The notes below the pieces were generated by a model. The model was given only the letters and a program-made list of their open reading frames with translations. It had not been told where the DNA came from and did not search any database. This document shows positions 16,569 to 25,150 of a stretch of 33,590 bases of DNA, piece after piece. The position numbers and the translations under genes are program-made. The stretch comes from Candidatus Micrarchaeota archaeon (lineage in GTDB: Archaea; Micrarchaeota; Micrarchaeia; Anstonellales; Anstonellaceae), in NCBI GenBank assembly GCA_043810635.1, contig JBDRNY010000009.1, positions 1-33,590 of the forward strand. The letters run 5' to 3'. Position 1 is the stretch's first letter, and each line of letters opens with the position of its first letter.

Positions 16569-18228
16569 ATTGAATAAATTTAGGGCATTGGCTGTGTTGG
16601 CGTTTTTCTCACTTCTATTAGCCAATATAGGATTTGCCGGAATAACTGTTGCAACAGAAAATTGTGAAATCACCTATACAATTAGCATTGCAATTACAGG
16701 GCCGGGGGCAACTGATGCGTTTGCACAAAGAATAAGAGATGCTATTGAAAACGAGCTTAACAAAAATTTTAAATGCGGAGACTGTGAGTGCCCGGTAAAA
16801 TTTGTAGCAGATGTTATTACAACAGACAGCTGCCTTGTTATTCATCCAAAATATAGTTGCGTGGAAGTTGTTGTCGGCCCGCGCCGCTCTTCTGTTCATA
16901 TGGAAAATTGGGGGGATAAGGAAATGCCCTCAAGCGAGGCGCACTGGGATGACCAGGATAATGAAAAGGTAATTGTCCATGAAATGGGCCATTATTTGGG
17001 CCTGCCTGATGAGTATGAGGATATTTATCAATATGATATAGTTGATGCGGGCGGGAATGTTATTAGCGGGCCCCACACTATAAGAAAAGCAGATTATAAT
17101 CAGGCGGCAATAGATGCTGCTAATGCTGCTGCAGCTGCTGCAGGGGGAGCTGCCAGGTGGAGACAGAATGCTGACGGAGGGTTTGAATTTTCAGAAAGGT
17201 TGCCTGGCTATGATGCAGACAGCATTATGGTATTTACAGGTCCTGGAAATAATGTAAAGCAGGCACATATTACAAAAATATGCCAGGATTCTGGTGCAGA
17301 GTGCGGGGATATTTGCTGCTGTGGAAACAATGTTGTTGAAGCGCCTAAAGGGGAGGAATGCGAAGTCGGAATAGACCCGACAGGATGCAGTGATAACCAA
17401 ATTTGCCTGGAAAACTGCACTTGCGAAGATATCTTTTTTTGCGGAAACGGGATGGTTGACATAGGTGAAGACTGTGACGGGAGCTCAGCGCTTCCAAACG
17501 GAGGATGTTCTGAAAGTGAGAGCTGCACAGATAATTGTACATGCGTATATGTAGGTGCTGAGGATGGAAACCAGACAGGAGATGGTGATGGTGTTCCGCC
17601 CGGCACAGGAGATGTTACTGTTCCTGGAGGAGGAGATGTAGTGAATCCGCCAGGCGGCGATGGTACGCAACCCCCTCCGGTAGATGTGAATCCGCCCCCA
17701 ATTATATGCGGGGACGGAGTAAAGGCAGGGAGTGAGGAATGCGAGGATGATTTGGATTGCTCTCCCCAGTTTTATTGCACAGCCGCCTGCAAATGCGAAT
17801 GCACGGATACAGATGAAGACGGAGTGTGCTGCATATATGATAATTGCCCCACTGTGCCAAACCCCGGGCAGGGGGATATTGACGGAGACGGAACAGGGGA
17901 TTTGTGCGATGAATATCCTGTAAGCTGTGTGAGTGTATGCGCAGGATATGGATTAGAAACAAATGCAGAAGGGGAAAATAACAGGGAAATGTGCGAAATA
18001 ATAAACCAGGAGCTTTTGCAGCAGGAATTAGACAAACTAGAAGAGCCGATGTGCTTTACAACATGCAAATATGCGGAAACAGACAGCGGATATGTAACAG
18101 TAAGCTCTTCAGATATGATATATGGATGCTGCTGTTTGGGAGAAATTATTACATGGGCAGATTATTATCCGTGCAGTGATTGCCCGGGCCTGAATCCTGT
18201 CTGCCCGGAAACTGAAGAAGTTTGCTGA
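16540..18228 (+). CDS. secreted zinc metalloprotease (HExxHxxGxxD) with Cys-rich and thrombospondin type-3-like repeats
   Basis: signal peptide; HEMGHYLGLPDEY, SIM Met-turn; CGN/DG..E.GE.C repeats; DNCPTVPNPGQGDIDGDGTGDLCD; alternative TTG start at 16570. Confidence 0.88.
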   Translation: MEKRNLLRDKLNKFRALAVLAFFSLLLANIGFAGITVATENCEITYTISIAITGPGATDAFAQRIRDAIENELNKNFKCGDCECPVKFVADVITTDSCLVIHPKYSCVEVVVGPRRSSVHMENWGDKEMPSSEAHWDDQDNEKVIVHEMGHYLGLPDEYEDIYQYDIVDAGGNVISGPHTIRKADYNQAAIDAANAAAAAAGGAARWRQNADGGFEFSERLPGYDADSIMVFTGPGNNVKQAHITKICQDSGAECGDICCCGNNVVEAPKGEECEVGIDPTGCSDNQICLENCTCEDIFFCGNGMVDIGEDCDGSSALPNGGCSESESCTDNCTCVYVGAEDGNQTGDGDGVPPGTGDVTVPGGGDVVNPPGGDGTQPPPVDVNPPPIICGDGVKAGSEECEDDLDCSPQFYCTAACKCECTDTDEDGVCCIYDNCPTVPNPGQGDIDGDGTGDLCDEYPVSCVSVCAGYGLETNAEGENNREMCEIINQELLQQELDKLEEPMCFTTCKYAETDSGYVTVSSSDMIYGCCCLGEIITWADYYPCSDCPGLNPVCPETEEVC

Positions 18229-18870
18229 TTATTCTTTTTTTATCAAAGGAACAAATAATACGCTTCCCAAATCTTGTTTTTCCAATTTTCCGTTTGCTAA
18301 TTTTTTAATTAAATAAAGTGTTTGAGGGTAGCCTCCGACAGGTATTAGCATCAACCCTTCTTTTTTTAATTGGGAAATTAATTTAGAAGGAATTTCCCTT
18401 GCTGCGGCGGTTACAAATATTCTGTCATAAGGAGAGGCGGGGGGATAGCCGGAATGCCCGTCACCTACAATAACACTTACAAAATCACCATCTTCACCCT
18501 CGCTTTTGCCCGCTTTCTTGCCCGCAATTATTTTTGCATCATAGCCGGCTTTTTTTAAATTATTTTTTGCAAATTCAGACAATTGGGGAATTAATTCAAT
18601 TGAATAAACTTTTCCTTTTTTTCCTACAATTTCTTTTAACAATGCTGCCCCATATCCCGAGCCTGTGCCAACCTCAAGCACTTTCATTCCTGTTTTCAAT
18701 TTGCCGGATTCGAGCATTATTGCATACATATGGATTGCTGAAATTGTCTGCCCGTATCCTATCGGCAAAGGCCTGTCTTGCTGGGCATATTGCCTCATTT
18801 CGGGGGGGACGAAATTTTGTCTTTTCACTTTTTTTATTGCACGGAATACTGCGGAATTTTCACCATACAT
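18229..18870 (-). CDS. pcm: protein-L-isoaspartate O-methyltransferase
   Basis: PLPIGYGQTISA, VLEVGTGSGY, GDG..G....SPYDRI.VTAA, QLK..G....PVG, FVPL. Confidence 0.95.
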   Translation of the reverse strand: MYGENSAVFRAIKKVKRQNFVPPEMRQYAQQDRPLPIGYGQTISAIHMYAIMLESGKLKTGMKVLEVGTGSGYGAALLKEIVGKKGKVYSIELIPQLSEFAKNNLKKAGYDAKIIAGKKAGKSEGEDGDFVSVIVGDGHSGYPPASPYDRIFVTAAAREIPSKLISQLKKEGLMLIPVGGYPQTLYLIKKLANGKLEKQDLGSVLFVPLIKKE

Positions 18871-18903
18871 GATATGAAATTTGCTTGTGAATATTAAAAA
18901 ACA

Positions 18904-18919
18904 TTATAAAACTACTCTT
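18904..18919 (+). promoter_or_regulatory. TATA-containing promoter TTATAAAACTACTCTT (copy 2)
   Basis: identical to 15749-15764, 28 nt before ATG 18932. Confidence 0.75.
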
Positions 18920-18931
18920 TGAAATTGAGGC

Positions 18932-20536
18932 ATGCGTAAAACCTATTTTGCTGCTGTTTTTCTTTTAACTTTCATTAGCATTATTTATGCGCAGGGGTTT
19001 GATGACATAAATATTCAACTATGCCCTGCATATCAGAAAGTGCATGATAATTGCATGTCAAAATGCTATGATGAGGGGTTGGATGCTGCACAGCCGTGCT
19101 GGGATGCGGGAAATTCAGATTGCGGGGATGTGTTTGATGCTGCTTTTAGCATATGCTGGGAAGATTGCCTCTATATACCTGATGAATGCAGGCCAGATAT
19201 TCCGCCTATAAATTCTTGCTCAAATGTGTGCGGGGCGGGGGAGAAACAAAAGCCATATCCGGATTGCTCTTGTGAAAAAACAAGCTGTACAAATACATGT
19301 GCAGATGATGAAATACAAAATGATTTTCCAGATTGTTCTTGCAGAAAAGGAAGCTGTGACGAGCTTTTTAATAAATGCGGAAAAGGGTGCAAAAAAGAAA
19401 AATTGGATTGCGAAGTGGGTTGTATATTGAGATATGCAGGGAGAGATGAGAAGGAATTGGAAGATTGCAAAAAAAATTGCCCGACTAATCAGCCTTGTTT
19501 GGATGGTTGCGGGGTTGCAAAAGAAGATTGTTTGAGCAGAATGGGTCCGGACCCGTGCGCAAATGTGCAATGTTTTGATATTTGCAACCAAACAGTATAT
19601 ACATTTTTTTATGACGGAGTTTGCGAGCCGCAACCATTTGACCCCTCGAAATATTTATGCATATACAAAGACTTGCCGTGCCAGTTTTGCTCAAATGACA
19701 GCAGATATTGTTTGGAAATTTGCGATAATGGATTGGATGATGATAATAACTTAGATGTGGATTGTGCTGATGAGCAGTGCCTTAATTCTTCTGCATGCAT
19801 TTGCAAGCATTTTGTATTTCAGAGGGCAAACAACCCTCTGAATATTGTATTTGTTGGAAAAAATTATGATTCCTACCCTGAAAAAGAAAGAGAAGGGGAA
19901 TTTCAGGAAGATTTGAAGGAGGCATATAAAGGATTTTTCAGGTATGAGCCGTTTACAAATCCTGGCGGGGCAGGGCTTGACAAAAGAATTGACATGTATT
20001 CAACAAGAATAAAAAGCGGGGAGAATAAGGCGCATGCAATGGCAAGGTGCAAAACAAACAATAATGACCAGTATATTTTTCTTGAAGCGACAACAGATGT
20101 AGAAGATTCTTATGCAGATATTTGCGGAGGAAATGCCTATGTATATATAAGAGGGGCGGGAAGGGTTGTTGACAAAATTGTATTGCATGAATTCGGGCAT
20201 TCATTTGGATGCCTTTGGGATGAATATATTTATGATGAATTTCCAAGAAAATGGTATGAAACTATTTGGAAAAGTGCTGCTTATGAGCTTGCATATGAAG
20301 GGCATGCAATAAGATATACTGATACAAATTGCGCAATTACTCCGTATAAAGTAAGGTGCCAGGAATATTTTTCTGAAATTTCAAGCAATTACCAATGCAT
20401 TGAAGGCTGCACCGCGCCTGAAGGGTGGTGGAGGTCTTCAAATGAATCTATTATGAAATATCCGTGGGAAAGAGGAGTTGAATATAATGATATGAGCAAG
20501 GAATTCATAAAAAGAAGAATGAGTGCGTATGGATGA
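18932..20536 (+). CDS. secreted Cys-rich protein with a C-terminal M64-like zinc metallopeptidase domain
   Basis: signal peptide; Cys-rich N-terminal half; EICDNGLDDD..DCAD..C module; NIVFVG, EPF, HEFGHSFGCLWDEY, EG, SIM. Confidence 0.85.
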   Translation: MRKTYFAAVFLLTFISIIYAQGFDDINIQLCPAYQKVHDNCMSKCYDEGLDAAQPCWDAGNSDCGDVFDAAFSICWEDCLYIPDECRPDIPPINSCSNVCGAGEKQKPYPDCSCEKTSCTNTCADDEIQNDFPDCSCRKGSCDELFNKCGKGCKKEKLDCEVGCILRYAGRDEKELEDCKKNCPTNQPCLDGCGVAKEDCLSRMGPDPCANVQCFDICNQTVYTFFYDGVCEPQPFDPSKYLCIYKDLPCQFCSNDSRYCLEICDNGLDDDNNLDVDCADEQCLNSSACICKHFVFQRANNPLNIVFVGKNYDSYPEKEREGEFQEDLKEAYKGFFRYEPFTNPGGAGLDKRIDMYSTRIKSGENKAHAMARCKTNNNDQYIFLEATTDVEDSYADICGGNAYVYIRGAGRVVDKIVLHEFGHSFGCLWDEYIYDEFPRKWYETIWKSAAYELAYEGHAIRYTDTNCAITPYKVRCQEYFSEISSNYQCIEGCTAPEGWWRSSNESIMKYPWERGVEYNDMSKEFIKRRMSAYG

Positions 20537-21123
20537 GAAATATGAATGGGAAAATTGTTTTGTTTGGGTTTGTTGTTTTTCTGCTTTGCTTTATCTTAAA
20601 TGCAAGCTATATTGTGCATTTGGTATATGAAAACGGAGAAGTGAGGCAGGAAAATGTTTATCAGGCAGATGATGTGCCTGTGCCTGATGCAACAAGCGGG
20701 GAATATGAAGTGCAAATCGGAAATTATGAGGGAAACTTTTCATTTCCTCTCTGGACATTTCATGACCCAAGGGATGTTTTTGATGAAGAAGGACAGGTGC
20801 AGGTAAGAACTCCGCAATACACTCAAATGGTGAAAAAAAAGGAATTTGCAGAAGAATTTATTGTTGTGCCGGAAGCAGGGGCGGGAAGCAATTTGGTTGT
20901 GAGAAATGAAACTAATATATTGCTTGATGAGCTGCTTAAGCAGCCGGAAGTTATTAATGTGGTTTCCCCGCCTGTGGAATGCTTTACAAACGAGGAGTGC
21001 GAACCGGGGGTGTGCATGGACGGAAAATGCATGGGCGGGGAGTTTGACTGCTGTTTGCTTCCGCTTTTGGGAATTGCATTTTTTGCGGGTTATATTTTGT
21101 TTGTGAAGAAGAAAGATAAATGA
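20533..21123 (+). CDS. secreted protein with one Cys repeat and a C-terminal anchor
   Basis: ATGA overlap with the protease gene; signal peptide; CFTNEECEPGVCMDGKC; CCLLPLLGIAFFAGYILFVKKKDK. Confidence 0.85.
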   Translation: MRNMNGKIVLFGFVVFLLCFILNASYIVHLVYENGEVRQENVYQADDVPVPDATSGEYEVQIGNYEGNFSFPLWTFHDPRDVFDEEGQVQVRTPQYTQMVKKKEFAEEFIVVPEAGAGSNLVVRNETNILLDELLKQPEVINVVSPPVECFTNEECEPGVCMDGKCMGGEFDCCLLPLLGIAFFAGYILFVKKKDK

Positions 21124-21198
21124 ATTGGGGATGCTTGTGCGAATTGCATTTTTGCGGATTATGTGGTTATGAAGAAGAAAAATAAATGAATTTGGGGG
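21071..21198 (+). repeat. imperfect tandem duplication of the 3' end of the preceding gene
   Basis: GAATTGCATTTTT(T)GCGG...TGAAGAAGAAA.ATAAATGAATT..GGG at 21071-21130 and 21141-21198. Confidence 0.8.
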
Positions 21199-21205
21199 TA
21201 TATGA

Positions 21206-21619
21206 ATGAAAAAATTTGTTTTTGCAATTATGGTTTTGTTTGCATTAAATATGCTTATGGCAGACACTCCCCCGATCACGCTTTGCGAAGATGATTCGGA
21301 CTGCCCCCGGGGGCAGATATGCAATGGGGATATATGTGTAGAAGGATGCGGTGATGATGCAGACTGTGCTACGGATGAGAAATGTGAAGGCGGAATTTGC
21401 AGGGAAGCTTGCACAAGTGATGCGCAGTGCCAGGACGGGTCTGAATGCATAGGTGGAATGTGCGAGGGAATATTTTGCAGAAGCGATGCTGACTGCCCCG
21501 GAAATTCAAAATGCGTTAATATGCATTGCGCCATGACTCCTGCAGACAATCCATGCTATATGCTTCCAATTTTTGTAGCTGGTTTTGTTGGTTATGCATT
21601 GTTTGCAAAGAAAAATTGA
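21206..21619 (+). CDS. small secreted protein with four C-x2-D-x2-C repeats and a C-terminal anchor
   Basis: signal peptide; CEDDSDC, CGDDADC, CTSDAQC, CRSDADC; PCYMLPIFVAGFVGYALFAKKN. Confidence 0.9.
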   Translation: MKKFVFAIMVLFALNMLMADTPPITLCEDDSDCPRGQICNGDICVEGCGDDADCATDEKCEGGICREACTSDAQCQDGSECIGGMCEGIFCRSDADCPGNSKCVNMHCAMTPADNPCYMLPIFVAGFVGYALFAKKN

Positions 21620-21652
21620 ATTTTATATTTTTTACTTTTTTAGCTTTTTTTT
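21620..21652 (+). terminator. archaeal oligo-T terminator candidate
   Basis: consecutive T tracts directly after the stop codon. Confidence 0.5.
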
Positions 21653-21712
21653 AAAAAATTCAAAGAAAATGCTATTATTGCTTTTAAATACTTTTAAAGG
21701 GTGAATTTAAAT

Positions 21713-21775
21713 GGTGTGGAAATGACGGAAAACCTGCTTCTAGTGCTGAAGTTTTCCTGATCCCAGTCTTCTTTT
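21713..21775 (+). ncRNA. candidate small RNA containing a kink-turn
   Basis: GGA-AAU-GA-C-GGAAAAC...GUUUUCC-U-GA-UCC; TATA-like box at 21682-21690 and pyrimidine run downstream. Confidence 0.4.
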
Positions 21776-21822
21776 GCCAATATAAGTAAATCATTAAATA
21801 TTTCACATGTATGGTTTTGGCA

Positions 21823-22626
21823 ATGTGTCGATTGTTTGGGAATATAACAAAAGAGGCGGTTTGCATCAATTTCTCCTTTTTCAGGGCTTTGAAGCCATTC
21901 AGGTCATTGGTTAAGACAAACAGGGATGGCTGGGGCATTGGATGGTATAAAAAGGGCAGGGCAAGGCTGTTTAGGGAAGGGCTTGAGAAAGTTCACAACA
22001 ATATAAATAAATACCATTTTTCAAAAGTAAAAACAGTTGTTTCAAATATTATTATTTCCCATGTAAGGGATGCTATTTGGGGGGATAACAGGACAGTAAA
22101 TTCCCAGCCGATAAAATACAAAAACTGGCTGTTTGCGCATAACGGGGATATACACCGGACAAAAGCTGTTGCCCACCTTAACAATAAATACAAAAAAGCG
22201 GTGAAAGGGGAAACTGACTCAGAAGTTTATTTTATGCTGCTAATGCAGAATTTGGAGAGAAGTGGAAAGCTGGAAGAAGCGGTTGAAAAAACTGTTGCAA
22301 TAATAAAAAAATATCCCGCCACTGCCATGAATTTCCTCCTCAGTGATGGCAAAAACCTTTATGCATACAGGGATTATGTGGCAAGGAAGAGAAAGCACAC
22401 GCTTTACTATTTGGTAAGGGATTTGGCCCATAACAAGCCGATGAAGCACGCATCCAGAAAAACCAGGCAATTGCTTCGAAGCCCCCATTTGCACAGAAAA
22501 AGGACAGTGTTGTTTTGCTCTGAAAAACTTACGGATGAAAATTGGCTGCCGATAAAAAAAGGCATGCTTATCAAAACTGGGAAAGACTTGCATGTAGAGC
22601 TTATAAACATAAATCGCAGTAGGTAG
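21823..22626 (+). CDS. class II glutamine amidotransferase (EgtC/YafJ-like Ntn hydrolase)
   Basis: N-terminal MCRLFG (Cys2 nucleophile), DGWGIGWY, SHVR, NSQP, FAHNG, GETDSE, NFLLSDG, SEKL. Confidence 0.92.
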   Translation: MCRLFGNITKEAVCINFSFFRALKPFRSLVKTNRDGWGIGWYKKGRARLFREGLEKVHNNINKYHFSKVKTVVSNIIISHVRDAIWGDNRTVNSQPIKYKNWLFAHNGDIHRTKAVAHLNNKYKKAVKGETDSEVYFMLLMQNLERSGKLEEAVEKTVAIIKKYPATAMNFLLSDGKNLYAYRDYVARKRKHTLYYLVRDLAHNKPMKHASRKTRQLLRSPHLHRKRTVLFCSEKLTDENWLPIKKGMLIKTGKDLHVELININRSR

Positions 22627-22631
22627 AAACG

Positions 22632-23981
22632 ATGAAAAATATTTGTACCCTGAAAAGGCACAAGACGGCCTTTGAAACGGAATTGTTTGTGGTAGATGAG
22701 GAAGGGAAAATTTCAAACAGGGCAGATGAGATAATAAAAAAAACCAAAACTTTGCAGCTTGATTTCCCCATTCAGGAGGAATATTGCCACCACCTTATTG
22801 AAATAACAAGCGAGCCGAAAAGGGAGATGCTCCATACAGCGAACGGATGGGTGCAAACACTCCAAACTGTGATTGAGGAATCAAAAAAGCTTGGGCTAAT
22901 GCTTTATGCACAGGGAACATATCCTGCAAAATTTATTCCAAAGACAAGGAACAGATATTACAAAATGAAGGAGGAAATTATTGGGCGTGAGAAAATGCTC
23001 AACGGGGATGGGAAGGTGGCCGGATTTCATTTTCACTACTGCCTCCCTCACCGAACATTTGACAAAAAAGAGGAGGAATTAAAGCAATTGTTCCACTCTG
23101 AAAACAAGGAAATTCTTTTGTCAATACACAATGCATTGATTGCAGCAGACCCAGCGTTTATGAATTTTATGGCATCTTCCCCGTTTTATGAAGGGGAGCA
23201 TCTTGCAATGGATACAAAAAACCTTTTCTACCGGGATAAAGAAATAAAAGTGAAAGGGAAAGTGATAAAGGGGATGTATTCTGAAAAAAAGATGTTTGGA
23301 AAGCTCCCGGAATATGCGCTTTCAATTTCCGAGCTTATATTAAGAATTGAGAAAAGGTATGAAGCATTTAGAAATGAGGTAAAGGAAAAATGTCCGCAAT
23401 ATATGGATGTAATAAATTCAATGCATCCGATGAAAATGTATTGGGGTCCGCTGAGAATAAGCAGGTACGGCACATTTGAATACAGGGGGCTGGACATGAA
23501 TTTGCCGAGCTATATTATAGGCTCCGGGCTGTTGATAAAATATATGATAAAGAGGATAAGAAATGAAGGGCTGAAAGTAATGCCAACAGATATTGGGATA
23601 AAGGAGCCGTTTAAGGTTGAGGGGGAAACTTTGCATGTTCCACCGTTTACCTATGTGGATGAAGTATTGCAATACAAGGCAATTTTGGAAGGAACTGACA
23701 GCCATGAAGTGCGGAACTATATGAAAAGCATTATCAAATTTGCAATGCCCGGAATTCCTAAAAGAAAAGATGCGGGGCTGATGAGGATAAAGGAAATTCT
23801 GGAAACAGGAAAAACCCGTTCGGATGTTATATTGAAGCGGGCAGTAAAGCTTGGCTGGGGGAGAGACAGCAAATTGGGGGAGGATATTGCACGCAAAATT
23901 GTGCTAACATCTGCAGATGAGCTTGAAAAAGAAGTTGAAGAAATTGCAGGCCAGGAGCTTATAATTGACGCGGAAGACTAG
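22632..23981 (+). CDS. glutamate-cysteine ligase family 2 (GCS2/YbdK/EgtA-like) carboxylate-amine ligase
   Basis: FETELFVVD, EITS.P, GTYP, GFHFH, ASSPFYEG, R....GTFEYR..D. Confidence 0.8.
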   Translation: MKNICTLKRHKTAFETELFVVDEEGKISNRADEIIKKTKTLQLDFPIQEEYCHHLIEITSEPKREMLHTANGWVQTLQTVIEESKKLGLMLYAQGTYPAKFIPKTRNRYYKMKEEIIGREKMLNGDGKVAGFHFHYCLPHRTFDKKEEELKQLFHSENKEILLSIHNALIAADPAFMNFMASSPFYEGEHLAMDTKNLFYRDKEIKVKGKVIKGMYSEKKMFGKLPEYALSISELILRIEKRYEAFRNEVKEKCPQYMDVINSMHPMKMYWGPLRISRYGTFEYRGLDMNLPSYIIGSGLLIKYMIKRIRNEGLKVMPTDIGIKEPFKVEGETLHVPPFTYVDEVLQYKAILEGTDSHEVRNYMKSIIKFAMPGIPKRKDAGLMRIKEILETGKTRSDVILKRAVKLGWGRDSKLGEDIARKIVLTSADELEKEVEEIAGQELIIDAED

Positions 23982-24592
23982 TTGAATACAAATTCCAGAT
24001 TAACACTGTCTTTTAATAACGGCACCATGGAAAGGGCGTCTTTTTCTTTTATTGCAAGGTTGTAGTTGGAAATGTCTGCATTAAAATCAAACAACCCTAT
24101 TTTCATGGGGAGGGATTCGGGCCTTTGGATAAGGGTAATAAAGTAAATGCCGGAAGCTTTGGCTTTTTTCATTTCTTTTTTGAAAAATGCAGAAGTTATC
24201 TTTTTTGCAATTTTTGAATAAAATTTTTCATTATGCCCCAAATCAAGCGGATTTTTGCTTAATATCAATTTTTCCAAATAAGGGTAGGGCAATTTCCTTT
24301 CAGAATTGAACCAGGGAAGGGGGATTGGGGATTTTTTGGAAAAAAGAAAATTCCCCTCGCCTGTTGAAAGGGTTATTTCCACGCTTGTTTTTCGCATAAA
24401 ATCCTCCACCAATATAATGCACAGGAAGAGGTAAAGCAGGGCGGTTGCAGTGTCTGCAACAGGAAGCTGGGAAGGAAGGATATAGGAAGGCTTTGCTACA
24501 AGCTCGATAAAAATCACTGAAACTGACAGCATGCATATCTGGATAAAGAAAGGGCCCGGCTCGAAATATTTCAGAATTTTCATTTTAGGCAT
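23978..24592 (-). CDS. hypothetical membrane protein
   Basis: 204 aa with two N-terminal hydrophobic segments. Confidence 0.65.
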   Translation of the reverse strand: MPKMKILKYFEPGPFFIQICMLSVSVIFIELVAKPSYILPSQLPVADTATALLYLFLCIILVEDFMRKTSVEITLSTGEGNFLFSKKSPIPLPWFNSERKLPYPYLEKLILSKNPLDLGHNEKFYSKIAKKITSAFFKKEMKKAKASGIYFITLIQRPESLPMKIGLFDFNADISNYNLAIKEKDALSMVPLLKDSVNLEFVFN

Positions 24593-24626
24593 ATGCGCAT
24601 TAATTGCACTAGGTTTTTAACTAATC

Positions 24627-24998
24627 CTACAAGTGAAACTGTTCAAATTCTGATTTTGTATTTATTCCGTTCAAATCCTGAGGGCGGAAAAACATTATAG
24701 TATGCGACCAGTCCGGAAGGGTGTAGCAAAACGCTTTTTCAGTAAATTCTTTGTCAGCTTCTGCTTTTGCGGGAAGGGTTTTTCTTCCGTCAACAGTTGT
24801 TGCATAAGATGTACCAGGAAATATATCCTTAAGCTGGACAAAAACACTGCTGTTTCCGTTTCCCGTTTTAATCGGATAGTCAAAGCTGTAAGGCAGGTAT
24901 TTTCCGTCTGCAAAAAGTTTTGCATCCAGAAGGCGCTTTTCTCCGCGTATAATAATCGGCACTTTTACCGCTCCAAACGGGTTTTGCACTGTTTTCAT
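24627..24998 (-). CDS. hypothetical protein
   Basis: AGGAG RBS before the ATG; 123 aa. Confidence 0.65.
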   Translation of the reverse strand: MKTVQNPFGAVKVPIIIRGEKRLLDAKLFADGKYLPYSFDYPIKTGNGNSSVFVQLKDIFPGTSYATTVDGRKTLPAKAEADKEFTEKAFCYTLPDWSHTIMFFRPQDLNGINTKSEFEQFHL

Positions 24999-25150
24999 AT
25001 TATCTCTCCTAAATATGTGTTAATTTGAATTAAGAAAAATAGGTTTATATTGGTGTGTTTCAGCTTTTTTTTGGGCAAAAAAAGAAGGTATGAATGCAGG
25101 AAACATTTTTAAGCAGGGAAAGAGTAGGCTTTTTGGTGAAATTTGTGAGG

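Noticed and set aside
20740..21549. 269-aa minus-strand ORF with internal repeats
   Set aside because: Antisense to two well-supported secreted-protein genes; its repeats mirror theirs.
21715..21765. Fluoride riboswitch or canonical C/D box guide RNA
   Set aside because: It lacks the crcB pseudoknot consensus; the putative guides are short and pair with each other.
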